DNA of 63,079 nucleotides, counting the filler, from Reclinomonas americana ATCC 50394 (taxonomy: Eukaryota), in the NCBI GenBank assembly GCA_048213135.1. It is 16 parts of 16 records of this genome, joined end to end, with 100 filler letters (N's around TTAATTAATTAA, not from the genome) between each part and the next. Parts side by side here need not be neighbours in the genome. Positions count along the whole stretch, not along the records: positions 1 to 16,002 come from AFZH01021148.1; 15 more parts are not named here. One strand, 5' to 3'. The notes below the pieces were generated by a model, which was not told the DNA's origin, ran no database searches, and saw only the letters and a program-made list of their open reading frames with translations. Of this stretch, positions 1 to 12,105 are shown piece by piece. A program made the translations under genes and the position numbers. Each line of letters opens with the position of its first letter. The first letter of the stretch is position 1.

Positions 1-433
1 AGAGGAAGGGAAAGAGAATCTGTGGCGTTGCGCTGAGGGGGAGGGGGAGAAGGGTGTGTGCGTTGTCGTTCTTGAGAGAGATGAGCGCGTAGCGTTACGT
101 GCGTGTGCTTTGTGTCCTCTCACTGTGGGCGCCCGACGTCACTCCCTTCACACTCCCAGCTTGTTCCCCATCGTTGGTCGCACACAGTCTACTCCTCCTC
201 CTTCCTCCACAGCAACCAAAGAAAAAACAAAGAGTAGAAGACACACGAAAGACACAAGAAAATGAACAATGACGACTTGCATATGAGAATGACCGCGTAA
301 CACAAGCACTCTGCGTTGCCCTTCTCTGCTCTAGCAGCTTCCCTCAGCAACAGCACCAGGCAAACTCACAACGAAGTTCGTTGTCCTCTTGTCTTACATC
401 GTTCTATTCAATCTTCCGATCGCGACACAAGGC

Positions 434-3400
434 ATGCACCTTTTCACTCTCACTCTTCTCTGCATCACCGCCTGCTGCGCTCTCGCCTGCTGTCGTCGCG
501 ATCCATGCTCGACTCCTTCACCAGCTCCACTCAGCGACATTGATGTGGTGTACACGTGGGTGAACCTCACCGACTTCTCTTCTTCTTCTTCTTCTTCTTC
601 TTCTTCTTCTTCTTCTTCTTCTTCTTCTTCTTCTTCTTCTTCTCCTTCTTCTTCTTCTTCTTGTTCTTCTTTTCTGCCTCCTCTCCTCCCTCGCAATCGC
701 GTGAGTGATCGAGGGGAGTTGCGGTACTCGCTGCGCTCGTTGCAGCGATATGCGACGTGGGTCACAAGGGTGTGGCTGGTGACGAATGGGCAGGTGCCGG
801 AGGTGAGATGTGAGGGGGGGAAGGAGGGAAGGGAGGAGGAGAGGGAGGGAGGGAAGGGAAGGAAGGGAAGGGGACAGGGTCTCATGCAGGCCATCAAGAG
901 CTGCCTCAGAACAGAGAACGAAGAAAGGAATTTGAGGGAGCTGACGGTGGAGAGAAAAGGAGATGGTGATAGGCTGCTGGCCATCAAGCGAGTCGCAGAA
1001 TGGATCAAAGGGAGATGAGAAGGAGAGGAAGAATGAATTGAGGAAGCAAAATTTAAAAGCTGCACAGCTGAGTTTGGAGACAGACGTATATATAGAGAGA
1101 GAAGGAGATGGTGAAAGGCGGCAGGCCATCAAGCGAGTCGCAGAAAGGCTCAAAAGCTAGAGACTTGACAGAAGCGAGGGAGAAGAAGAATGCAACAGGG
1201 AATGCCAAGGCTGCACGGGCTGACCATGGAGACAGATGTTCAGAGAGAGAGAGAGAGAAGGAGATGGCGAAAGCTGCAGGCAATCAACCAAGCGAGTTGA
1301 AGAGAGGCTCAAAGGGAGAGACTTGGCAGAAGACAAGGAGAAGAAGATTGAAAGGGCTGGGCTGCCTGCATGATTATGTCACTCCCTCACTCTCCCCCCC
1401 CCCCCAATTGCAGTGGCTCTCATCTTGGTCGTATCCGCCAGTGTGTGTGGTTCCGCATTCGGTGATCTTTACAGCGGGCAACGCGACACATCACCTGCCG
1501 ACGTACAACTCGCACGCGATTGAGGCGCACTTGCATCGCATTCCGCACCTCACGCAACGCTTTGTGTATTTCAACGATGATACGATGTTGGTGCGTGCGG
1601 TGGCGAAGGAGGACTTTTTCCCGTCTCCGACGCAGCAGGTGGTGAGTGGGCTTGCAGCTTCTGCGTTGTTTATTCTTCTGCTCTTTCTTCCCCGCATCCC
1701 TCCTTTCAAGTGGAGGGAAAAGAGGAAGAGAATGTAAAGAGACAGGAGGGAGAACAGAAAGACACAGAAGGCAGAGCAAGGAGATGAGAAAGGAGGGATT
1801 AGAGGAAGAAGGTGATGAAGGAAGGCGATCAACATCTCCTAGTTCTGTCTTCTGTGTCTTCCTGTTCTCCATCTTATCCCTCTTTATTCTCCTCCTCCGT
1901 TCTTCCCCTCCTTCCTTCTCCTCCTCGTTATTGTCCTTCTCTTCCTCTTCCTGCTCAACCTCCCCTTCCTCCCCTTCCTCTGTACCTCTCCTACCTCATT
2001 CACTCCACCACCGCCCTCCATTCCTTCTTCCTCCTTTCTCCTCCTCGTCATCCTCCTTCGTTTCTTTCTCCTTCTTCTTTCTCAGTCTCTTTCCCCTCTC
2101 CCCTCCTTCTCGCTCGTCCTCCCTAATCGCCTCCTTTTTTCTCCTTCCCCTTCTCCTCCTCTCTCTCCTCCTCCTCTTCCTTTTCCTTGTCTTTTTCTCC
2201 TTTTTCTTTCTCCTCCTCGTCGTTGTCCTTATCTTTTCTTCCTTCTCAGCTTCATTCCCATCTCCCCTCTTCTTCGCTCGTCCTCGTCAGTCGCCTCCTT
2301 TGTTCCCCTTTCCCTGCTCCTCCTCCTCCTCCTTCTTCCTCCTCGTCGTCCATCCTCATCTTCTCTCTCTCTCTCTCTCTCTTTCTCATACTCTTTCCTT
2401 CTCGTCTTCCTGTGTTTCCTCCCCTCCCCCTTGCCCTCCTCCTTCTCCTCCTCCTCCTCTTCTCCCTCACCCACTCAATCCTCCCAGGTGCACCTCGCCT
2501 GGGCCGCACCTCCGTGCAACGCCAACTGTGTGCGCCAGTGGCTGGCCGACGGAGCCTGCGACCCGCCCTGCAACACCACGCTGTGCAACTTCGACGGCGG
2601 CGACTGCGTGACACCCGGCGTGCCAATCAGTGTGCGATTCCGAGATCGACGGGCGACGTCGAGTGCACTTGGATCCTTCGCAGGTATGAGGGTTGTGTAC
2701 ACGCACCTTGTCCTCCATTCCGCTCACCACGCCTCTTCTTGTTGCGCAGCGGCGAGTCTCTTTGGCGGCGTCGCCACCGCTGCGCCCAACTCCGGTCGTC
2801 GCTCGTCGTTTCTGAGTGCCGGCAATCAGATCCAGCTGACAGCGGCCGGCGACACGCCAACGACTTTGGCACTCGACGAGCTGTCGAAATCGTTGCTTGT
2901 GCACCCGTCGCAGCCGGCACCGTCGACGACGGATCGCGACGACTCGTACGGCGACGCAATTCGCTTCACGAACATGCTGTTGGATAGGAGACTTGGCGTG
3001 CGCGGTGAACGCCGAGTGCCGGCGCACACTCCGCACGCGTTCGATCGCGATCGTGTCGATGTCGTGCAAGCCGTGTGGAGGGACGAATTCGAGGCCACAT
3101 CGTCGCACTGCGTGCGCAATGCGACCGATGTGCAGCTGGCGTTTGCGTACGCGCACTACCTGCTGGAGACGACAGACAATGCTGTGCGTGTGGTGAACGC
3201 CACCGACGTGCTGGCGTTTGCAATGTTGACGAACAATCGGACGAAGAATGTGGAGGAGTTGGAGGTGGCGCGTGAGCGTGTGCGGACGCAACGAAATGTG
3301 CGCTTTCTGTGCGTGAACGATGATCGTGAGGAGGGGGGTGGTGGTGGAGAGGGTGGTGGAGTGGTGGACGATGGGAGTGTGTTGGCGGCCTTTCTGGAGG

Positions 3401-3486
3401 AATTGTATCCGGAGAGGAGTGTGTTTGAGCGGGATGTGGGGGAGGAGGAGGAGGAGGAGGAGGTGTGGGAGAAGGATGCGGGATGA
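434..3486 (+). CDS. Stealth-family hexose-1-phosphate transferase with an LNR/Notch repeat (GNPTAB-like); exons ~434-802, 1414-1641, 2488-3486
   Basis: Hydrophobic N-terminus; CR1 DIDVVYTWVN; CR2 ELRYSLRSL...LPTYNSHAIEAHLHRIPHLTQRFVYFNDD; LNR CNANC..WLADGACDPPCNTTLCNFDGGDC; CR3 DSYGDAIRFTN...VPAHTPH; CR4 FLCVNDD. GT..AG introns join the three ORF pieces in frame. Confidence 0.88.
577..662 (+). repeat. (TCT)n microsatellite encoding poly-Ser inside exon 1 of the Stealth gene
   Basis: Directly visible TCT run; the reading frame is kept between CR1 and CR2. Confidence 0.9.
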
Positions 3487-4051
3487 TGAGCACCAGCTGA
3501 CAGCCAGTCATTATCGCGATGCCGTCGACTGGTGGCAGGTGAGTGGGGAGAGTTGCATTGATGTACGTTGTCATCAGTAGATTAATTTCTTCTCTCCCTA
3601 CTTTCCCAACTGGCGGTCAAGAGCCTCATTCACTGTGGGAGGCTGAATCTGCATTGCGGTGTGCGTGATACTGTTCCGCGCAACACGAACGACGTGGCAG
3701 GCGTCGACGATGCTGCACTTGGCCTCCTCCATCTCGTCACACATGGGCCGCTGCATGTGTATGAGGAATGCTTCTAGAAACTTGTGACCCAGCCAGTATC
3801 AGAAGTGAACTGCAACTCTGGTTATGTGACTCTTTCCTCGGTACCAATGTAGCTAATTGATGAGGCAGAATACATTGGTGTGAGCAAGCAAACCCATTGC
3901 TTCGCGCTCGCACAAGGAAACCAGTCTTCGAATGCAAATTCCCGTGCACGAAACCTTCCAAGATCAACCAAGCCGCAGCGGGAAGAGAAAGCACGTGCCG
4001 GTGCAAGCGTCTCGCATGCCATATCAACTTCATTCACAGTACCACCCTCCC

Positions 4052-6331
4052 TCAATGCATGCTGAACCACCCCAAAAACGGCTTTCGCGCCCCACCCTTC
4101 TTCCCCTTCTTCTTCTCCCCCGATGATCCCGCCGCACTGCCTGCCGCTTCGCCCACCTCACCCTCACCCTCGCCCTCCTCCCCCTCCTCCTCCCCCACCA
4201 CCACCTCCCCCGCCGTCAGCCGCCGCAACACCGCCAACTCCCGATCCACCACCTGGTTCGTGTACGCATACCGCCAGTCTGCCTTGCGCTCCTCCACCGC
4301 CGCACACAATCGCTCCACCACCGCCGCCGGCTCCGCCGACATGCTCACGTAGAACACCAGCTGTCGCCACGCATACGCCAGGTTCTTGCGCATCCGCAGA
4401 TTCGCATGGCTCGCCGACAGCGGCTGCCGCCGCATCCACCGCACCGTCGTCACCGCCAGCTGCTCCATCTCCACCGGCACACGCAGCAGCGGCAGCAGCA
4501 CCAGGTTGTGCGTCGTCAGCACCTGGCAGCACTCGATCGTGCGCCCATATGCCACCACCCACTTCGGCTCACGCTCGTCCTTCACCATCGCCCGCTGCGC
4601 CATGCTCTCGCACGCGCGCAGCAACTCGCCAGGCGACGGCGGCTGCTTCGTCCACGCCGCCAGCACCTCGCTGATGCCAAAGTACTCGGCGTACACACTG
4701 CGCGGTCGCACGTGCGTGGCGGCGAGGTGTGCCGCCACACAAAACGCCTCCGAGAACTGGCCCATGAAAATGTCGGCCGCCAGCTCCGACAGCACCGGGA
4801 AGTAGTCGGCGTCGGTGGGGCGCCGGTTCGGCCGCAGCAGGTTGACGCACTGCTGCATCACCGCGTTGACCATTGTGTTGGGCATCAGCGTCTGCGGGAA
4901 GGCACCGTAGTTGAGTGCCAGCAGGGAGCGGAACGAGTCCATCACTCCGTCGCCATCTTCGCCGCCCGCCGCCCGCTGCCGGTGCCGCAGCAGCTCCGCA
5001 ATCCACGGCACGTCGCGCATCTTGGTGCGACCGCCCATCACCAGCAGCATCACCGCCGGCCGCTTGGCAAACGCCAACGACAGCGCACGCACGAGACGAG
5101 CGCCGCTCTCGTCCGGCATACCGGCGCCCGGGTCGGCCAGCATCACGTCGCGCACCAGCGACGCCAAATGGTCCGAGCTCTGCACCAAGCCGCGCTCCAC
5201 AAAGTGCGCCGGCGTGTCCAGTACCACACGCTCCGCCAGCTGCACAAACACGGCCGAGTCGCCCTCCCGCACCAGCTGCTCCAGTCGCTCCACGCCGCCA
5301 TGCATGCGCCCACGCAGCTCCTCGCTGCCCTGCACACGCCGAATCAACGCCTCGTGATCCATCAGCCGCATCTGTCGCAGCTGCGTGGCGTACAACTCCG
5401 CACGCCGCTCGCGCGCCTCCGCATCCATACCATACTTGCGCAGCGACGCACGCACAATCTCCATGTTGCACGGCTCGTGCCGATCGCCCAGCTTCTCCTT
5501 CAGGAACGCCAGCAGGTGCTTCAGCGAGCTGCGCGCGCGCTGACGACCACCGCGCGGCAACAACCGCTCCACCTCGCGCACCGCTGCCTCGGCGCGTTGC
5601 CGGTACTCGTCCGTCATCACAAACTCGTCGCCACCGTGCGCCTCGGCCACCAACTCCACCACCTGCAGCTTCAGCGGCGCCACCGTGCGCAAAAAGTGCT
5701 CGTGGCGACACTTGAGCGACGACTCGTAGCGCTCCTTTTTGCGCTCCAGTGTGCGCACGAGGTTGCCGACAGTCAGCAGACACGTGCGCGTCGGCATCTC
5801 CATCACCTGCTGCTGCTCAGCTGCTGCCGGTGGCACAAACTGCAGTCGATCCATCAGCGGCGCAATGGCCATCATCACACGCTGCGCGGCCTCCACATCG
5901 CCCTGCTCCAGCAGCCACACATACGCCATCAGCGCGCCATGCTCGGCGTGCACCAAGCGGTAGCGCCCACTATGCAGCAGCTCAGTCACGCGCGGCAGCT
6001 CCACCAGCTGATTCCCGCGCCCGACACGTTCGGCCAGTGCATTGCCCGAGGCGAACCCGCCCTGCAGCACCTCCAGCGTCACCCACTCGGGGAAGCCCTG
6101 CACGGGGGCGCGCTGGCCAATAGAGACCTCGCCGGCGGCCATGCGTGTGTAGGCCTGCAGGTAGCGGTCCAGTTTGGCGCGAAATGCGGCCTGGGCGGCG
6201 TTGGAGGAGCCGGCGGCGCGCATGCGTTCCATGAGGTGGAGGAGGTAGGTGGGGTTGCCGAGGAGCGTGGCTTCGGTGATGTCGTCGTCGTCATCCACGT
6301 TGGGGATGGGGGGTGCGTCGCGCTCGGCCAT
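4052..6331 (-). CDS. Intronless 759-aa uncharacterised protein resembling a bacterial hypothetical family
   Basis: Long ATG-initiated ORF with coding-like codon usage; motifs QRAPVQGFPEWVTLEVLQGGFASG, ELAADIFMGQFS, IECCQVLTTHNL, KNLAYAWRQLVFY and C-terminal FLGW. Confidence 0.8.
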   Translation of the reverse strand: MAERDAPPIPNVDDDDDITEATLLGNPTYLLHLMERMRAAGSSNAAQAAFRAKLDRYLQAYTRMAAGEVSIGQRAPVQGFPEWVTLEVLQGGFASGNALAERVGRGNQLVELPRVTELLHSGRYRLVHAEHGALMAYVWLLEQGDVEAAQRVMMAIAPLMDRLQFVPPAAAEQQQVMEMPTRTCLLTVGNLVRTLERKKERYESSLKCRHEHFLRTVAPLKLQVVELVAEAHGGDEFVMTDEYRQRAEAAVREVERLLPRGGRQRARSSLKHLLAFLKEKLGDRHEPCNMEIVRASLRKYGMDAEARERRAELYATQLRQMRLMDHEALIRRVQGSEELRGRMHGGVERLEQLVREGDSAVFVQLAERVVLDTPAHFVERGLVQSSDHLASLVRDVMLADPGAGMPDESGARLVRALSLAFAKRPAVMLLVMGGRTKMRDVPWIAELLRHRQRAAGGEDGDGVMDSFRSLLALNYGAFPQTLMPNTMVNAVMQQCVNLLRPNRRPTDADYFPVLSELAADIFMGQFSEAFCVAAHLAATHVRPRSVYAEYFGISEVLAAWTKQPPSPGELLRACESMAQRAMVKDEREPKWVVAYGRTIECCQVLTTHNLVLLPLLRVPVEMEQLAVTTVRWMRRQPLSASHANLRMRKNLAYAWRQLVFYVSMSAEPAAVVERLCAAVEERKADWRYAYTNQVVDRELAVLRRLTAGEVVVGEEEGEEGEGEGEVGEAAGSAAGSSGEKKKGKKGGARKPFLGWFSMH

Positions 6332-6872
6332 GATGGTAAACGTGAGAAAGACGGACGAAGCTGTCGAGTCGATGGGTTATTTGTGGGTTTTTGTGGGGCA
6401 GATGCAGTGGCCGGAAAAGGGTCTCGTGTGTACCGTCTGTATTCGACAGTCGGACGGTTGAGGTGGCCCATAACACCGCTGCATGGCAACAGAACTGCGC
6501 AAACAAGAGGCAAGCCTGGTACCCAGACTTGAAAGTGAGAAGGGCCAAGGCAAGCTCCTTCATCATTCTTCCAAAACATTCGACTCCGGGGCTGCCGCAC
6601 TTCCTTCTCTTTTTTGTCGCTGTAGCGTGTTGCGGTAAGCAACAGCAAGCGTACAAGACGAAGAGATAGGAGGCATAGCATTGGGGAAACTGTTTCTACT
6701 CGCTCAGCAGTTGCTCGCTGCCCTGCAGACGCTGAATCAACGCCTCGTGATCCACCAGGCGTACAACTCTGAACACTCTCTCGCACTCCACCACCAGAAT
6801 CTCACAGCAACACTTTCTTTTTCACTCTCATTTTCTGCACATCTTCCCTTCTCCGCTTCTGCCCCCTCCCTC

Positions 6873-8554
6873 TCACGCCCGGAAATCCCACGTCAAATTC
6901 TTCTGCACCAACGGGGCACGGCGCACCACCGTCATGAAGTCGTTGAACGACACGCGGCCGACGGCATCCAAATCTGACTCCTGCATCACGCGCTCCACAA
7001 TCACCTTGCGCTCCTCCACCGTCAGGATCTGCGCGCCGGGGGCGTCCATGTTGCCGGTGCTGGCCATCAGATCCGACGGACCGCACAGCAAATCGACCAG
7101 CGCCTCAATGTCCTGCCGCGTGATGAAGCCGCGCGCCGTGTCGTCGGCGCCCTTGGGCCGATCAAACACGCGGAACAGCAGCTCGGCCTTGGAGTCGAAA
7201 GTGGCGTCGGCGTGCAGGCTGTCGGCCATGTCGATGAAGCCGTCGAGGGTGAGGTAGACGCGCGTGTCGCGCACCTCGTCGTACGGCAGGCCGGAGAAGA
7301 CGCGGAAGATGCGCTTGAGGAGGGGGGAGATGAGGCGGTTGTTGGCCCACGAGTCGTTCTTTTGCCAGTCGCGGAACATGATGTACGGTTCGTCCATTCC
7401 GAGGGGGTTCTGTGGAGGAGAAGGAAGGGGGGAAGGGATGAGAGGGGAAGGGGGTGAAGAGGGAAGGGTGAAGAGGGGAAGGTGGATTGAGGAAAAGGGA
7501 GAAAAGGGGAAAAAGGGGGGAGAAAGGGAGAGAGGGGGAGAAAGGGGGAGAATGGGGGTGAAAAGAGTGTGAGAGGAGGAGAAAGGTGGAGAAAGGGGGT
7601 AAGAGGGGGACGAAAGGGGGAACGGAGTAGAAAGGGGGAAGGGGGATTAAGGGGAAGAGAGAAAAGGGGAGAGAGGGGTGAAGGAGGGGAACCGACGGTA
7701 AGAGGGTATTTAGAGATGCAACAGAGCAGAACGGAGAAACGGAGCGACGGGAATTGTGCATCCAGCGAGGAGGAAGAAAGACGGATGGAAACAAAGGAGA
7801 ACCTGAGGGCGACTAATCGAGACAGAGCGTACGATGCAGTTGTGCATCGAGCGACAAGGAAGAGGAGCAGAGAGCAGAGAAGGAGAAGTTCGTGCGAGTG
7901 AACGAGAGCGAGAAGGAGTGTAGGACCAAGCGACAGAGTGGCACAGGGTACAGAAGGAAAGGTGGTAAACCGAGCGAGAAGAAAGAGGAACACAGAGCAG
8001 AGAAGGAGAAGTTCGTGTGAGTGAACGAGAGTCAGATGGAGTGGCACAGAGTACAGAAGGAAAGGCGGCGCATCAAGAGAAGAGGGAAGACGAGTGCATT
8101 GGGCTCAGAGAGAACTAAACGCGAACACGTGAGAGTCAGAGGCGGTTCTAGAAGAATTGAAGACTGCAAGTAAGAAAGAGACCTAGCGCGTGTGACGATG
8201 TTCAGCAGTGAAAAGGAAAGAAATCTGATGGGATTAGAGAGCTTCATTGCAACGAACAGAGACAGATGGTGTTTCAGGGCGTGCGACTCCGAGTGGCACA
8301 GAATAAGAGGGAAGGAAGAGGCGAGAAGGAAGGACAAGCTACCTGGATGATTCCACGTTGAAGGGGCACGGATAAGTGGAGAGCGAGTAGAGAGAGGAGA
8401 GAGGAGAGCAAAGCAAGACGACAAGTCAGTAAAGGGGGAAGAGAGAGCGTCATTCAGCGCCAAGACACCGTGTGCCGTGAAGCCAGAAAGAACAATCGCC
8501 AGTTAGCGACAAGAATGGTGAGATCACGGCGACCAAGTTGTCCGACGAGAGAAT

Positions 8555-8599
<45 letters not shown>

Positions 8600-9335
8600 G
8601 AGAGAGAGACAGAGACAGAGACAGACACAGACACAGAGAAAGAAAGAGGCAGAGAGAAAAGGGTGAGACAAGAAGAGTGAACGAGACAAGTCATGATCGA
8701 TTTTGTCAAGAAGAGTGCGCGAGTTCCCGCCCTCTTGCTGTACTGTACGTCTGTCTGCGTGACAGAGTACGTGGGCGAGTGAGAGACAGAGTGTGCCAGG
8801 GTGAGTGTGCGTGAGAAATGGAACTTGAGGGTGACAATGACAGAGACAGAAGATTTCTGAGGGACAAGAGAGTGGGTGGCGACTAAGAGGGAGAGAGTGA
8901 GGGAGGGTGAGTGAGTGAGAGAGAGAGCTGAGTGGGAGAGAGTGTGTAAGACAGTGAATGACAGGCAAGTGAGTGAGGGACAGTGAGTGAACGATGCCTG
9001 AGAGAGAAGGTGAGCGAATGGGAGAGAGTACAAGAGAGTGAGAATGAGCGTGCGAGAGTGGAGTGAGAGAAGTGAGAGAGTGACATCCTTCTCTCACTTG
9101 TCCGGTTATCACTCTCTCTTCTCACGCACGCTCTTTCCCCCCTTGCCTCTCTTCTCTCTTCTTCTCCTTCTCTCTCCCTTCCCCTTTCCCCCTCTCTCAC
9201 CTGCTTTCTCCGCGACGAGGCAATGTTATAGAACTTCTTGGCCAAGTAGTGAATATCACGACGAGTCAGGTTGTGTGTCAGTGACATGTACATGTCAACT
9301 TCTTCAGGCGACAGATCAGAGGTGGTGGAGCCCAT
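6873..9335 (-). CDS. CIB / calcineurin-B-like EF-hand calcium-binding protein; exons 9335-9201 and 7409-6873
   Basis: N-myristoylation-type start MGSTTS; LSPEEVDMY..LT..LTRRDI; KAELLFRVFD...GFITRQDI; VMQESDLDAVGRVSFNDF. A phase-0 GT..AG intron of ~1.8 kb joins the exons. Confidence 0.85.
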
Positions 9336-10235
9336 CTTAACTCTCTTTCTTCTCTTTTCTCACAAAACGCGACAAGTCAGGAAAACCGTTGACATTTGGC
9401 GCGGGACAACGGACACTTGGACGGTTGAAGTGAGACGTTGCTCTGTGGAAGGTGGCCAAGTCCCATACAGCAGCACAAAGCACCAGTTTTAAAGGCAGGT
9501 GCAGGATTTCAGTGCGCCTTGCAGTTGTGGATTCCTCTCCGTGCCATCTGCGCGCCGCGTCAATGGTCCTACTTCGGCTCGGTATCACGGACCCAGCGTC
9601 AATCTGCGGTCTCTCCGCGTTCTGCCACTGCATCCTTACCCTGTTCACATCGATCCCTGAGCCCTGATATCCCCCCTCCAGTGACCTTGCGCAACTGCGT
9701 CCTTGACTGTGCACAATTGACTCTTGCAAGGATAACCCTTGACCCTTGGCCCCCTTGTATCACTGTACACGTGACCATTGTCTCCACATCCTTGCTCCTT
9801 GGGGGAGAGAGAGAGACGGAGAGAGAGAGAGAGAGGAAAGGGGGTTAGTGCATCACTTTCTCATTCTCATGAGTGCGGGAAGTCGAAAGGCGCAGTTTTT
9901 CACCTTGCAGCAACGGCGTCCACCACCACCAGCGAGTTGGCACTCCCAGTCACCATCTTCTGTAGGCTCGGCTCCACCGTTATTCTCTCAAAACTTCTCC
10001 GCCATCTTCATGTATCACCATGCCCACAAAAAGGCTCTCCACTGCCGTCGCTCTTGTGCAGCGACCGCAGCGTCACGTGATGGGCCGACGCCTGCAGCCA
10101 CTCGTAACGCTGGGCAATGTCCGGGAGCGCCGCGTGTATCCGCTCCATAAAGCCAGCGATGAGTTCCGCCACAGGAGCTGTGTCTGAATGTTAGCATCAC
10201 GTCCACAACCAAGCCCCCTTTCCTCTCGCCCACTC

Positions 10236-12105
10236 ACAGTCGCCGATGAAAGCCACCAGCGTCGACTCGGCGTCGCAGGCCGCCGTGTAGCGCGTGCTGT
10301 CTTGCAGACCCACGGCGGTCACCGGCGACAGCCACTGGTTGTAGTAGGCCTCGTCGTCCTTGCGCACCTCGTTCAAGACGGATGCCGTGAAGGCCACTGC
10401 GTGGGGGAAGACAGATGAGACTGCGAGAGTGCAAACAGCGAGCAGTGGGTGACTGAACGCACCCGAGTCGCCATCGGCTTCGTCGTCGTCCGCAGGCTGC
10501 AGTGGAATGTCCGCGCGATACGGGAGGTTCACCAGGTCGCGCGAGCGCAGGGTGACTGCCGACACGGTGGAGACAGAGAAGCGGTGCGCTGCGTGCAGAG
10601 AAGAGAGAGTGAGTGGGCAAAAGAGAGGTCTCCAAAGAGCAAAGACTGAGGTCCCCAAAGCGCAAAGCGTAGAAAACATGACTGGGGCTCAGAAAGAAAT
10701 TATAAACGAATGAAGACGCCAACAGCCTCGCTTGCATGCTGCTCTTTTTCTTGGTCTTCGTGTCAGCTGATGCTCCTCTCACTCGCCACCTCTCCTCAAC
10801 TATCTCCTTTATTTGGCTTCCTCCTTTCTCTCTCACCTTTCGCCTCACACTCTCTTCCAATCTCTCCGGTATATCTCTCTCAATCATGCGCTCCTTCTTC
10901 CACGTGCCAAAGCTGTACACACTCTCTGACTCAATTGCTCTCTCCCCGTTTAATTCCCTTGCCCCCTTCTTTCTCCCTACCCCCACGAACTTGACACCAC
11001 CAGCTCCTCCGACAGCTTCTCGCACAGCGCCACCAGCTGCCGGAACTCATCAAGCGAGAGGTGCTCATGTGGTCGGAGGGCCGCCAGAGTGACCTGCAAG
11101 AGCACAATGAGAACGGAAAGGTGTGAGGGAGAGACAGGAGGGAGGGAACAGGCAGAGAAAAGGAAAAGGGGGGTGAAGGAGGAGGAGGGAAAGGAGATGA
11201 GTGCACGGCCTTGTCAAAAAGAGAAAGAAAGAGAGATGAGCAAGAACAGGAGACCATTGCTTTGTCTCTCCATCTCTTTCTCGTCTTTATGAGTGCGGCC
11301 TTGTCAAGGGGAGAATGAAAGAGAGATGAGCAAGAATAGGAGACCCTTGCTTTGTCTCTCCATCTCTTTCTCGTCTTTATGAGTGCGGCCTTGTCAAGGA
11401 GAGAAAGAGAGAGAAGAGCAAGAACAACGAAAGAGAGAGAGACAGAGAGGGAGAGAGGGCGGCGACAGAGGAGGAGGGCAAGGAGAGAGTGGCCTCGGTT
11501 GGTTGGCCTTGGGGGTGAACTTGAGAGAAGAGGAACAAAGGAGAGGAATTGGGAAGGAACAGGGTAGAGGATGAGCGGGTGGTAAAGGAGGAGGGAAGCT
11601 GATGAGTGTAACCTCCTTCATATCGCGTTGGCAGAATGAGAGTAAGAGAGCAAGAGAGAAAGAGAGCAAGAAGGAGACCGAGAAGAAGAAGACGGGAGAC
11701 ACTGAGTGGCAGAGAAAGGAAATGGAAAGCCATGAGCACAGAGGAAGAGAGGGCGGTGACAGAGGAGGGAAAGGAGACAAGTGTGGCCTCCCCCATCACC
11801 TTTGGCCACTTGCTTCCCATGTTCTCTCGCTGCAACGGCAACACAGCAAGGTTGCGCTTGAGAGTGGCCAGTGGGCGAGTGAAGCCTGTCATCACTCCTC
11901 AATGAGAGAGTGTGCAAAGTGTGCACAGTGAGAGAGAGACGCAACACTCGAATGCCAGCACAAGAACACCCGAGCCCGCAACGAAGAAGCACGCAGGTGT
12001 CAAGTGCGTCTTTTGAGTGGCTGTGGTAACACGTGAGTGAGTGAGTGTTGTGCTTGTTTGTGTGTGAGTGTGCTCACCGAGAACGAGTTGTCTCAGCTCT
12101 TCCAT
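10236..12105 (-). CDS. Uncharacterised multi-exon gene (model partial)
   Basis: Coding-like islands at ~12105-12078, 11900-11780, 11093-10990 and 10588-10236, bounded by GT/AG within CT-rich introns; the 11093-10990 and 10588 exons are phase-compatible. No family recognised. Confidence 0.4.
11198..11425. repeat. About 2.5 copies of a ~90-bp intronic tandem repeat
   Basis: ATGAGTGC(G)GCCTTGTCAA...GAGCAAGAA..GGAGACC..TTGCTTTGTCTCTCCATCTCTTTCTCGTCTTT recurs at ~11198, ~11289 and ~11379. Confidence 0.8.

Noticed and set aside
885..1320. Repeated GGCCATCAAGCGAGTCGCAGAA motifs in Stealth intron 1 (similar short duplications at 7850-8060, 46490-46700, 47650-47970)
   Set aside because: Irregular, degenerate local duplications; no terminal repeats or regular spacing to suggest a functional array.
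1646..2611. S/L/F/P-rich and E/R/G-rich ORFs here and in many other CT/GA tracts
   Set aside because: Translations of intronic microsatellite sequence, which lacks stop codons by composition.
4406..6532. 708-aa + strand ORF
   Set aside because: Antisense shadow of the 759-aa gene; H/R/Q-rich composition typical of GC-rich reverse frames.
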